Positions 14,837-24,298 of a stretch of DNA of 64,000 nt are shown one piece after another. The stretch is from NCBI GenBank assembly GCA_048571215.1, contig CP182352.1, forward strand, positions 3,296,001 to 3,360,000, read 5' to 3'. The position numbers and the translations under genes are program-made. Origin of the DNA: Halarcobacter sp. (GTDB lineage Bacteria; Campylobacterota; Campylobacteria; Campylobacterales; Arcobacteraceae). How positions within the stretch are numbered: the stretch's first letter is position 1; each line of letters begins with the position of its first letter. The notes beneath the pieces are model-generated. The model was not told where the DNA came from. It searched no databases and saw nothing but the letters and a program-made list of their open reading frames with translations.

Positions 14837-15097
14837 TTAAATATTAACTAACTCTTTTTTTATTTTTTCTTGATTTAGTTTTTTAATAGCTGCTTTATAA
14901 AGCTCATCTACCCTTTTTTCATCATCATGAATTAAACTTTTAATCTCTTCTATATCTTTTTTTGTTTCCATAGAAACAAAAACCTTAAACTCTTTTTTAG
15001 TAAATTTTCTTTTTAAAATCTCTTTTAATTCCTCTTCACTTTTCAATGTTCCAACTAATTTTTCTATATGATTTGTTAATGATTGTGTAAAATCCAT
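14837..15097 (-). CDS. Small hypothetical protein with sigma70 region-4-like HTH
   Basis: FTKKEFKVF...EEIKSLI...KRVDELYKAAIKKL pattern; in the surE operon. Confidence 0.55.
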   Translation of the reverse strand: MDFTQSLTNHIEKLVGTLKSEEELKEILKRKFTKKEFKVFVSMETKKDIEEIKSLIHDDEKRVDELYKAAIKKLNQEKIKKELVNI

Positions 15098-15098
15098 T

Positions 15099-15887
15099 TT
15101 ATTCCTCTATCCAGTTTTGTAAATTTTCTATATCGTTATATGCTGTTAAATCAAGCATAATAGGTGTAATTGAAACATAATTAGCCTTTATTGCTTCAAA
15201 ATCACAATCCTTATTAATACTTTTTTGCCAAATTAATGGATGTAGCCCTATCCAATAATACTCTTCTCCCCTTGGATTTAAATGTCTATGGGTATCATTT
15301 CCATACTCTCTAAAGCCAGCTCTTGTTATCTTTATCCCTTTACACTCTTTTGGTTCTATAGGAGGGATATTGATATTTAAAAACCTTCTTTTTTCAAGTG
15401 GAAAACCACCTTCTAATATTTGTTTAGTTATCTTTACAATAGTTTCTTTTGCTAGGGCAAAATCCCAACTTGTATTAATATCTTGACATCTATCTTTACA
15501 AACTTGGGAAATGGCAATTGAAGGGATACCTTGCAAAACTGCTTCCATTGCTGCAGCTGCAGTTCCACTGTAAGTGATATCTTCACCCATATTCGCACCA
15601 ATATTTATACCACTTATCACTAAGTCTGGTTTGAATCCCTCTTTAAAAAGATTATTTAATGAAATAAATACACAGTCCGAGGGAGTTCCATCGTCTATTT
15701 TATAATAATCATCATCAACATTTACAAATCTTAAAGGTCTATCTAAAGTCAAAGAGTGACCACAAGCAGATTTGTTTTTTGCAGGAGCAACAACTATTAT
15801 TTTAGCTATAGGTTTCAAGGCATCAATTAAAGCTTTGATCCCTATAGCATCAAAGCCATCATCATTTGTTAGTAAAATTTGTTTCAT
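15099..15887 (-). CDS. surE: 5'/3'-nucleotidase SurE
   Basis: ILLTNDDG, GTPSDCV, SGINIGAN, YSGTAAAA. Confidence 0.97.
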   Translation of the reverse strand: MKQILLTNDDGFDAIGIKALIDALKPIAKIIVVAPAKNKSACGHSLTLDRPLRFVNVDDDYYKIDDGTPSDCVFISLNNLFKEGFKPDLVISGINIGANMGEDITYSGTAAAAMEAVLQGIPSIAISQVCKDRCQDINTSWDFALAKETIVKITKQILEGGFPLEKRRFLNINIPPIEPKECKGIKITRAGFREYGNDTHRHLNPRGEEYYWIGLHPLIWQKSINKDCDFEAIKANYVSITPIMLDLTAYNDIENLQNWIEE

Positions 15888-18800
15888 GCTACTATATATG
15901 CTCCTTGTATTTGTTCAATTTTACTCTCCACATTATTTGATACTTTAAATCCTGTTTCCAGTTCAATATCTCCTAGCTTTGATTTAACTAAAATTTTAAG
16001 TTCTCTTTTTCCTTGATTGTTAGCTATGAGCTCAAAAAGTTGGTACATTAACTCATCATCTTTACTATAAGGTATAGCAATGGTTATTGGAGGTTCTTGT
16101 TTCTCAATATGTTTTGTTTTTATTTTATCTTTTTGTGCATCTTTTAAAGATTCAAACTTCATAAGACTCATTCTTGTAAAGTCACCATCTTTGGTAACCT
16201 TTACCTTAAAAGCAAGGGGCTCTTTAAGGTCATAATCTTCCCTAAGTTCTTTTAACTTATTTTCAAAAAGCATAAGCTCAATATTTCCATGTAGGTCTAA
16301 AATATTTGCAATACCAAATTTATTTCCTTTTTTAGAAATTTTTTCTGTTATCTCTTCAATTTTTCCTACAAAAAGTGCTTGTGAACCATCTGCAATATCA
16401 TCTATCTCTGAACTTAGAGTACAGTTGATTTTTTCTATTTGTTCCCTATATCCATCAAGAGGATGCCCAGATACATAAAATCCTAATGAGGCCTTTTCAA
16501 ATTCTAATATCTCTTTTGGTTCAAACTCTTCAAGGTGTTCAAGGTCTACTTCAACTCTCATCATCTCTTCATCTTCTCCAAAAAGTGAGGAGGTTGTTTG
16601 TTTTTTAAGTTGCATAGCTTTACCAACAGTATCTCCAATAGTCTCAATTTGTTCTAATAGAGCTTTTCTACTATATGCAAATTGATCCAATGCTCCTGCT
16701 TTAATTAGAGATTCGATAACCCTTTTATTTACTTTACTTCCATCAATTCTTGAGATAAAATCACTTAAGTCTTTGAAGTTCCCATTTTTTCTTCTTTCTG
16801 CTAAGATTGAATTAATTGCCACATCTCCAGCACCTTTAATGGCACCCATTCCAAACATAACAACCTCTTTGCCATCAATTTTTGTAGCAGAGAACACTAT
16901 ATCTGATTTGTTTATATCAGGTGGGAATAAATCGATTCCTAGTCTTTTTACTTCATCTACATATTTAACAACTTTATCTGTATTATCTTTTTCAAGAGTA
17001 AGTAAAGCTGCCATAAATTCAGTAGGGTAATATTTTTTTAAGTATGAAGTATAAAAGGTAACCATTGCATATGCTGCTGAGTGAGATTTATTAAATCCAT
17101 ATCCCGCAAATTTTACAATCAAATCGAACAGCTCTTCACAATGCTCTTTTACATATCCTTTTTTTACTCCACCAATTGCAAATTCACCTTTTAGTCTATC
17201 CATCTCCTCTTTGATCTTTTTACCCATTGCCCGTCTTACTAAGTCCGCACCACCAAGTGAGAAACCACCAATAGATTGTACGATTTGCATAACTTGCTCT
17301 TGGTAAACAATTACCCCATAAGTAGTTTCAAGAATAGGTCTTAAAGGTGCATCAAACTCATCATAAAAATAACTAATCTCTGCACGACCATGTTTTCTAT
17401 CGATAAAGTCATCTAACATTCCTGATTCCATAGGACCTGGTCTATATAAGGCTAGGACGGCCACAATATCCTCAAAGTTTGATGGTTTAAGCTTTTTACA
17501 CAGATCTTGCATACCTGCCGATTCTATTTGAAATAGTCCAATTGTATTTCCTGTTTGGATTAGATCATAAACACCTTTATCATTTACATCTGTGGTGATG
17601 AAATCTATTCTTTTCCCATGTCTTTTTTCAACTAGTTTATTTGCTTCTTCAATAACTGTTAGGGTCTTTAGACCTAAGAAGTCAAATTTAATTAAGTCAA
17701 CATCTTCTACATATTTACCATTGTATTGGGTTGCTAGAGTATCTAAACCACTTGGTTTAAATAGGGGAGTTTTTTTCCATAGGGGTTCATTTGAGATAAC
17801 AACACCTGCTGCATGGGTACCCGCATTTCTATTTAACCCTTCTAATGCTAGAGCAAATTCCCAAACTCTTTTTGCTTGAGGATCTGAATCACAAAGCTCT
17901 TTTATTTTTGGTTCTTTTTCATATGAACTAGTTAGATTGATTCCAAGTTCATCTGGGATAAGTTTTGCCATTGCATCGGCTTTTGCATATGGCATATCAA
18001 GTACTCTTGCTACATCTCGAATAACCCCTTTTGCAAGAAGTTTACCAAAGGTGATGATTTGTGCAACATTGGCACGACCGTATTGTTGAACAACATAATC
18101 GATAATCTCACCCCTTCTACTTTGACAGAAGTCCATATCGATATCAGGCATTGATATCCTTTCTGGATTTAGGAATCTCTCAAAAAGTAAACCATAAGGC
18201 ATGGGGTCAATATCTGTAATAAAAAGTGAATAAGCTACTAAGCTTCCAGCCGCAGAACCCCTTCCTGGACCAACTGGAATTTTCATCTGTTTTGCAACGA
18301 TAACGAAATCCCAAACGATTAACATATATCCTGGGAATTTCATATTATTGATAATATCTATCTCAACTTGCAACCTATCTTTATACTCTTGGTGTTTACT
18401 CTCATCTACTATTTTAAGTCGTTCTTCTAAACCTTTCCAACACTCATGGATAAATAATGCTTTATCATTTTCTAAAGAGTATTCTTCATCTGGGAATGGA
18501 ATCTCTAAATTTTGTTCTTGAAGTTTTTGTCTTGTAAATTTGAAGTTTGGTGGAGTTGGATTTCCAAGTTTTATCTCCAAGTTACATTTATCTGCAATCT
18601 CTTGAGTAGCTGCAATTGCTTCTGGAATATCTGCATAGAGTTTTGCAATTTGTTCTGGGGTTTTTAGATAAAATTCATGTACTGAGTGTCTTAATCTATT
18701 TGGATCATCATAGAGTTTATTCATGGCAATACACATAAAAGCTTCGTGGGCTTGAGCATCTTTTTGTTGTAAATAGTGAGTATCATTTGTAGCAACTACT

Positions 18801-19429
18801 TTTATCCCCGTTTCTTGTGAGATTTTAAGTATTTGGTCATCTACAAAGAGTTGATCAGCAATCCCATGTCTCATTATCTCTAAATAAAAGTCATCACCGA
18901 AAATCTCTTTATACTCTAGGGCTATCTCTTTTGCTTTTTCATAACCCTTTGCTCCAAATTTAACATTTCTTGGATTGTTTGTATTTAAATGCCAGTTTAC
19001 TTCCCCTTGTAAGCAAGCAGCTGAGCAAACAAGACCTTCACTGTTTTCTTTTAAAAGTTTTTTATTTATCCTTGGATAGTAGTAAAATCCATGCATATAT
19101 GCTTGAGAGCTTAAAAACATCAAATTTTTATATCCAATATCATTTTTGGCATATAAGCACAGGTGATATCTTTGTTTTGTTGTTTTATCATCCAACTCAT
19201 CAGAGTTATGAATATAAGCTTCCATCCCAATTATTGGTTTTACACCTTCATTTCTCATGGCATTGTAAAAGTCTATTGCTCCAAACATATTTCCGTGGTC
19301 TGTCATAGCAACACTTTTCATCCCCATCTCTTTTACTTTTTTTGCTAGGGGTTTGATTTTGTTTGCACCATCTAAAAGTGAGTACTCTGTATGTAAATGT
19401 AAATGTGTAAATTCTGGAATTTGTGACAT
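15884..19429 (-). CDS. dnaE: DNA polymerase III alpha subunit
   Basis: PHP motif HLHLHTEYSLLDG, GPGRGSAAGS, PDIDMDF, YGFNKSHS; start placed at MSQIPEF. Confidence 0.98.
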   Translation of the reverse strand: MSQIPEFTHLHLHTEYSLLDGANKIKPLAKKVKEMGMKSVAMTDHGNMFGAIDFYNAMRNEGVKPIIGMEAYIHNSDELDDKTTKQRYHLCLYAKNDIGYKNLMFLSSQAYMHGFYYYPRINKKLLKENSEGLVCSAACLQGEVNWHLNTNNPRNVKFGAKGYEKAKEIALEYKEIFGDDFYLEIMRHGIADQLFVDDQILKISQETGIKVVATNDTHYLQQKDAQAHEAFMCIAMNKLYDDPNRLRHSVHEFYLKTPEQIAKLYADIPEAIAATQEIADKCNLEIKLGNPTPPNFKFTRQKLQEQNLEIPFPDEEYSLENDKALFIHECWKGLEERLKIVDESKHQEYKDRLQVEIDIINNMKFPGYMLIVWDFVIVAKQMKIPVGPGRGSAAGSLVAYSLFITDIDPMPYGLLFERFLNPERISMPDIDMDFCQSRRGEIIDYVVQQYGRANVAQIITFGKLLAKGVIRDVARVLDMPYAKADAMAKLIPDELGINLTSSYEKEPKIKELCDSDPQAKRVWEFALALEGLNRNAGTHAAGVVISNEPLWKKTPLFKPSGLDTLATQYNGKYVEDVDLIKFDFLGLKTLTVIEEANKLVEKRHGKRIDFITTDVNDKGVYDLIQTGNTIGLFQIESAGMQDLCKKLKPSNFEDIVAVLALYRPGPMESGMLDDFIDRKHGRAEISYFYDEFDAPLRPILETTYGVIVYQEQVMQIVQSIGGFSLGGADLVRRAMGKKIKEEMDRLKGEFAIGGVKKGYVKEHCEELFDLIVKFAGYGFNKSHSAAYAMVTFYTSYLKKYYPTEFMAALLTLEKDNTDKVVKYVDEVKRLGIDLFPPDINKSDIVFSATKIDGKEVVMFGMGAIKGAGDVAINSILAERRKNGNFKDLSDFISRIDGSKVNKRVIESLIKAGALDQFAYSRKALLEQIETIGDTVGKAMQLKKQTTSSLFGEDEEMMRVEVDLEHLEEFEPKEILEFEKASLGFYVSGHPLDGYREQIEKINCTLSSEIDDIADGSQALFVGKIEEITEKISKKGNKFGIANILDLHGNIELMLFENKLKELREDYDLKEPLAFKVKVTKDGDFTRMSLMKFESLKDAQKDKIKTKHIEKQEPPITIAIPYSKDDELMYQLFELIANNQGKRELKILVKSKLGDIELETGFKVSNNVESKIEQIQGAYIVA

Positions 19430-19531
19430 GATATTATCTTTTTTTTTATTGAAATTTAAAGTGATTATATCCAATAGCATATAAAAGAAGATGAAAAATC
19501 AAAAGGGTAATCTTTATATTTAAAAATAGTT

Positions 19532-20287
19532 TTATTTAATAAATGAAAATTGCTTTTGGGCTTGTTTATATCCAAAATCAAAACATTCATTTAATTCTTT
19601 AAAGGTAAACATCTTAAAATTAAGTAGATTTTGGTGTGTAATATATAGGTCTGAGTGCAAAATAGAGAAGTTTACATTGTCAATCCACTGTGCAAATATC
19701 TTCTTCTTTAGCTTTTTTATTGGATTGAAATTTCTTTTTTTTGTTACTTGAACTCTTCTTGGTAATAGATCCACAGTACAGATTTTATGTTCCCCATCTA
19801 AAAGAGGTTTTATAGGGAGGTTATCAAAAAGTCCACCATCTATTAGGTTCATATGTTCATATTTTATGGGTTTAAATACTGGTATTAGGGCACTTGAAGC
19901 CATACAAAGTACATGACTGTCTCCCTTATCATAGTAATGAAGTTGTCTTTTTTTTGTATCGTAGGTATTGATAAAAACTTTTTTTGGTAAATCTTCAAGT
20001 TTAGCTATTGGTAAAAGCTCATTTAATATAGGATTATTTGAATCGATTTTTATGAGACCATTTTTAAAGTAGTTAAATTTTAGGGTATTTTTTATATCTT
20101 TTGATGAGAATATCTTAAGTTGTTCTTTTGCACTTATTCCACTTGCATGGGATACTGCAATAATAGCTCCTATTGAACTACCACTATATGTATCTATATT
20201 GAATTTTTGTTCTTCTAAAAAGTGAAGAAAACCTAAGTGAAAAGCACCCCGTGCAGCACCACCACCTAAAACTAAACCAAATTTCAT
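19532..20287 (-). CDS. Patatin-like phospholipase
   Basis: GGGAARG, GSSIG nucleophile elbow, DGG. Confidence 0.92.
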   Translation of the reverse strand: MKFGLVLGGGAARGAFHLGFLHFLEEQKFNIDTYSGSSIGAIIAVSHASGISAKEQLKIFSSKDIKNTLKFNYFKNGLIKIDSNNPILNELLPIAKLEDLPKKVFINTYDTKKRQLHYYDKGDSHVLCMASSALIPVFKPIKYEHMNLIDGGLFDNLPIKPLLDGEHKICTVDLLPRRVQVTKKRNFNPIKKLKKKIFAQWIDNVNFSILHSDLYITHQNLLNFKMFTFKELNECFDFGYKQAQKQFSFIK

Positions 20288-21021
20288 TTATCTAACCAAT
20301 TTATTATTTTAAAATCTCCATCATAAGTTTCAACTATTGCTGTACAAGACTCTACCCAATCCCCACAGTTTAAGTATTCAATTGAGTCAATATCTTTGAC
20401 CTCTGCTTTATGAATATGTCCACATATTATGCCATCATATCCTTTATGTTTTGCATGATTTGCTAAGGTTGCCTCAAAATCTGTTATAAAAGATACGGAT
20501 GACTTTACATTATCTTTTACATATTTGGAAAGTGACCACTTAGATTTTATCCCAAGCTTGATTCTAATGACATTTATCATTTGATTGATATTTAAAAGTA
20601 AATCATAACCATAATCTCCCAATACAGCTAGCCATCTTTTAGTCATAGTGATAGAATCAAAAAAATCTCCATGGGTTATTAGATATTTTTTTCCAGAAAC
20701 TGAAGTGTACTCAATTTCATTTTTTATATCTAAAGAGTTACCAAGAACTAGAGGAACAAAAGGTCTTAAAAACTCATCATGGTTACCAGTAATTAATACA
20801 ACACTACACCCTTTTCTTGCTTTTTTTAGAATTTTTTGAATAACATCAGAATGAGATTGTGGCCAGACAAATTTTCTTTTTATAGCCCAACCATCTATAA
20901 TATCTCCTACTAAGAATAGATTTTCACTCTCATTGTTTTTAAAAAAGTCAAGAAGTTTTTTCGTATTTGAAAATTTTGTGCCAAGATGGACATCTGATAT
21001 AAATATGCTTTTGTATTTCAT
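20284..21021 (-). CDS. PlcP-like metallophosphoesterase (LpxH-like family; putative phospholipase C)
   Basis: FISDVHLG, GDIIDGW, WPQSHSDVIQKILKKARKG, GNHD, HGD, CGHIH, YLNCGDWVESCTA. Confidence 0.8.
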   Translation of the reverse strand: MKYKSIFISDVHLGTKFSNTKKLLDFFKNNESENLFLVGDIIDGWAIKRKFVWPQSHSDVIQKILKKARKGCSVVLITGNHDEFLRPFVPLVLGNSLDIKNEIEYTSVSGKKYLITHGDFFDSITMTKRWLAVLGDYGYDLLLNINQMINVIRIKLGIKSKWSLSKYVKDNVKSSVSFITDFEATLANHAKHKGYDGIICGHIHKAEVKDIDSIEYLNCGDWVESCTAIVETYDGDFKIINWLDK

Positions 21022-21027
21022 AAAAAA

Positions 21028-21093
21028 ATTTTATTTTATTATGATTACAACTTAATGACATGTAATACATCTGTAATCACATTTTAATAAAAT
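21028..21093. promoter_or_regulatory. Two divergent Pho-box-like promoters
   Basis: Minus strand: TGTCAT-N5-TGTAAT (21060-21044), 10 nt, TAAAAT (21033-21028). Plus strand: TGTAAT-N5-TGTAAT (21061-21077), 10 nt, TAAAAT (21088-21093). Confidence 0.7.
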
Positions 21094-21098
21094 CATGC

Positions 21099-22241
21099 AT
21101 GAAAAATTTTAAAATATGTTTAGTAAGTGATACTGTATACGATGTCAATGGGGTTTCAAGGTTTATTCAAGATTATGCAAAAGAGGCTATAAAATTTGAA
21201 AAATCTTTTTATGTTTTAACTTCAACTCGTAAAAAACATTATGAAAAAATAAATAATATCATAAATTTATCTGCATTTTTTGCAGTATCAATGCCTTTTT
21301 ACAAGTCTTTGGATCTAGTTTTTCCAAATTTTTTTAAGATATATTCAAAAATAAAAGAGATAAATCCTGATTTATTGCATATCTCAACTCCTGGTACAGT
21401 TGGTTTATGTGCCTTAATCTCTGCAAAAATACTAAAAATACCAATCGTAGGTATTTATCATACTGATTTTCCTTCATATATGTATAAAAATACAAAAAGT
21501 TCTTTTGTAAAAAATGGAACAATATGGTTTCTAAGACGGTTTTACAAAAATTATAAAGCTATTTTTCTTAGGTCTGATGAATATTCAAAAATAGTTCAAG
21601 AGCAATTAAATTTTAAAAAAGAGGATTTGTATTTAGTAAAGGCTGGAATAAATATACGTAGTTTTGATAAATCTTATAAAGATGAAACCATATGGAAAAC
21701 TTATGGAGTATCAAAAGATAGTTTTAAAGTTCTATATGTGGGTAGATTATCTGTGGAAAAAGGTGTTGATAAACTTGTGGAATATTGGAATGAGTTTAAT
21801 TTAGATAATAGTGAATTGATTTTAGTTGGAGATTTAGAGTTTACTTTGGATAGTGATTCACAAAAGAGTATAAAAGTTTTAGGAAGAAAACAAAAAGAGC
21901 AGTTATCAAAACTTTATGCCTCAAGTGATTGTTTTATATTCCCCTCAACTACAGATACTTTAGGACAAGTTGTAATGGAAGCTTTATCCTCAGCACTTCC
22001 TGTAATCGTAACAAATAAAGGTGGACCTAAAAGTTTTGTATCTAATGATTTTGCTTATATAGTAGATTTTGATAAAAAAGATGAGGTGAAAAATGCTATT
22101 TTGGAATTAAAGAATGATGAAATAATTTATAAAAATAAATCTTATAAAGCTTATAATTTTATGAGAGATAAATCTATCTCTCATAGTTTTTTAGATTTTT
22201 GGTTTGATAATGAAGAGATTTTAAAGAAGATTAGCAAGTAA
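21099..22241 (+). CDS. GT4 glycosyltransferase (diacylglycerol glycosyltransferase/Agt-like)
   Basis: SDT..DVNGV, HISTPGTVGL, YHTDFP, YVGRLSVEKG, FPSTTDTLGQVVMEAL. Confidence 0.85.
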   Translation: MKNFKICLVSDTVYDVNGVSRFIQDYAKEAIKFEKSFYVLTSTRKKHYEKINNIINLSAFFAVSMPFYKSLDLVFPNFFKIYSKIKEINPDLLHISTPGTVGLCALISAKILKIPIVGIYHTDFPSYMYKNTKSSFVKNGTIWFLRRFYKNYKAIFLRSDEYSKIVQEQLNFKKEDLYLVKAGINIRSFDKSYKDETIWKTYGVSKDSFKVLYVGRLSVEKGVDKLVEYWNEFNLDNSELILVGDLEFTLDSDSQKSIKVLGRKQKEQLSKLYASSDCFIFPSTTDTLGQVVMEALSSALPVIVTNKGGPKSFVSNDFAYIVDFDKKDEVKNAILELKNDEIIYKNKSYKAYNFMRDKSISHSFLDFWFDNEEILKKISK

Positions 22242-22772
22242 ACCGTTTTTTATTTTTGTGTAAACCTCTTCCCCTTTTAATACCTTTACTAATTCTAGTG
22301 CGAATGACATAGCAGTTGCTGGTCCTTTTGAGGTAATTACTTTTTCATCAACTACTACAATTTCATCAGCTAAATAGTTAGACGAATCAATTTTCTTTTC
22401 ATAACTTGGATAACAAGTGTAGTTTTCATTTAGCACATTTGCACAATGTAAGGCATATGGAGCTGCACAAATAGCTGCAACAAATTTTCCATCACTTTTG
22501 AATTTTTTTAAGGTTTCTTTAGTTAGAGAATCATTTGCAAGATTTGTTGCATTTTCTGCTCCACCTGGAAGAACAACCATATTAAATTCATCTATGTTTA
22601 TATCTTTCAATATACAATCAGCTTTTAATGTTATTCCATTTGCACCCTTTGTAAGAGTTTCATTTATTGTTGATATTGTAACTTTTATATCTGCTCTTCT
22701 TAATATATCTATTATAGAAACTGCCTCAATCTCTTCAAAACCAGAAGAGAGAATTATTAGTACTTTTGCCAT
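22221..22772 (-). CDS. DJ-1/YajL family protein
   Basis: GFEEIEA, VLPGG, AAICAAP, TSKGPAT. Confidence 0.92.
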   Translation of the reverse strand: MAKVLIILSSGFEEIEAVSIIDILRRADIKVTISTINETLTKGANGITLKADCILKDINIDEFNMVVLPGGAENATNLANDSLTKETLKKFKSDGKFVAAICAAPYALHCANVLNENYTCYPSYEKKIDSSNYLADEIVVVDEKVITSKGPATAMSFALELVKVLKGEEVYTKIKNGLLANLL

Positions 22773-22906
22773 ATTTTTCACCTTTCTATTTTATTATTAT
22801 GATATTATCAAATATATACTCTATTTAAGGCTAAAACACAGCAGGTTTTAAGAATTTATAAGTTATTTTTAAATAAAATTTAAGCAATTATAAAAAGGGG
22901 AATTAT

Positions 22907-23674
22907 ATGATGAAAAGAATCTCTAAGGTAATCTTTATTGGTGTATTAGCTTTAGCATATACAGGTTGTCAATTTAAACAAACTGTAACACCACAAGAAG
23001 ATGGTTCATATAAAGTAAGTACATCATTATTTGGTTCTGATGAGTCAGGAACTAATGGGGGAGAAAAAACAAAAACTGATGGTAGTAAAACTCCTAATGG
23101 TTATATGACTGCTGATGTTAAAAAGTCAAATACAGATGTTCAAGTTACTAAAGAGTATATGAAGATTGCAAAGGATAAAGAGAGTCATATAACTACGCAA
23201 GCTACTTTAGAAGGTACAATAAACTCACTTGCTACACAAATGATGAGAAATAACAAGATGATTACTAAAAAGCCAGTACTTATCACTTCTTTTGTAAGAC
23301 TAGACAACTTTAAAAAAACAACTGAGTTTGGAAGGGTTGTTAGTGAAAGTTTGATTAATGAGATGTCAAATAGAGGTTTTAATATTATTGAATATAGAGG
23401 TCAATTGGCTGTTTCAGTAAATGAGCAAGGTGAATATTTCATTACAAGAAACCCTTATAAATTAAAAGATGAGATTCCAAATACTTATGTTGTTGTTGGA
23501 ACTTACTCAAGACAATATGGTAAAGTTATGTTAAATGCAAGAGTTATAGATAATGTAACAGGAAGAATTATTTCAACTGCAAGAGCTACATATCTACATA
23601 GTATGAGAAATGATTGTACACTATTTAGAGATTGTAAACCTGCAAGAACAATTAAAATCATACAAGAAAAATAA
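22907..23674 (+). CDS. FlgO-family lipoprotein
   Basis: Lipobox YTGC; ITSFVRLD..TEFGRVVSE, VVVGTYS, NARVID. Confidence 0.75.
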   Translation: MMKRISKVIFIGVLALAYTGCQFKQTVTPQEDGSYKVSTSLFGSDESGTNGGEKTKTDGSKTPNGYMTADVKKSNTDVQVTKEYMKIAKDKESHITTQATLEGTINSLATQMMRNNKMITKKPVLITSFVRLDNFKKTTEFGRVVSESLINEMSNRGFNIIEYRGQLAVSVNEQGEYFITRNPYKLKDEIPNTYVVVGTYSRQYGKVMLNARVIDNVTGRIISTARATYLHSMRNDCTLFRDCKPARTIKIIQEK

Positions 23675-23677
23675 TAT

Positions 23678-24298
23678 ATGAACCTTTTTAAATCAAAGGT
23701 ATTGAAATATTTTTTTATTTCAATACTTTCGATACTTTTATTTACTTCATGTAGTGTAAGTCAATCTAATAATTACGATAGTATGGTAAAAACATTTTCA
23801 GGGTCAAATAACTTTGAAACTTTTGTTAATCACTTAGTTATAAATTCAAGTAAAAAACTTAAACAACATCTTCTTAAAGATGATGTTGTTTTGGTATCAG
23901 ATTTTGTAAATTTAGATAAATTAAAAAATAGGTCAAAACTTGGGTTTTTATTATCTGATTATCTAAAAAATGCCTTATCAAATAATAATATTATTGTAAG
24001 ACAAGTTGAACTAAGAGAGAATTTTGCTTTAAACAATAGTGGTTTTAATCTTTTAACAAGGGATGCAAACAAAATACAAAGATCTTATGTAGATGTGGCA
24101 AAATATGCTGTTGTTGGTACTTATACTATAACGACAGAGAGTTTAATTGTATTTATTAAGCTGATTGATTTAAATACAGGAAATATTCTTAGCTCTTCTA
24201 GTAATAGAACTGCTCTTGATGATGAGATAATAGATTTAGAGAGTGTAAAGAAAGAAAATAAAAGAGAGATAGTTCTACCTCCCCATGTTGTCTTATAA
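23678..24298 (+). CDS. FlgO-family lipoprotein (second paralogue)
   Basis: Lipobox FTSC; VSDFVNLD..SKLGFLLS, AVVGTYT, IKLIDL. Confidence 0.7.
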   Translation: MNLFKSKVLKYFFISILSILLFTSCSVSQSNNYDSMVKTFSGSNNFETFVNHLVINSSKKLKQHLLKDDVVLVSDFVNLDKLKNRSKLGFLLSDYLKNALSNNNIIVRQVELRENFALNNSGFNLLTRDANKIQRSYVDVAKYAVVGTYTITTESLIVFIKLIDLNTGNILSSSSNRTALDDEIIDLESVKKENKREIVLPPHVVL

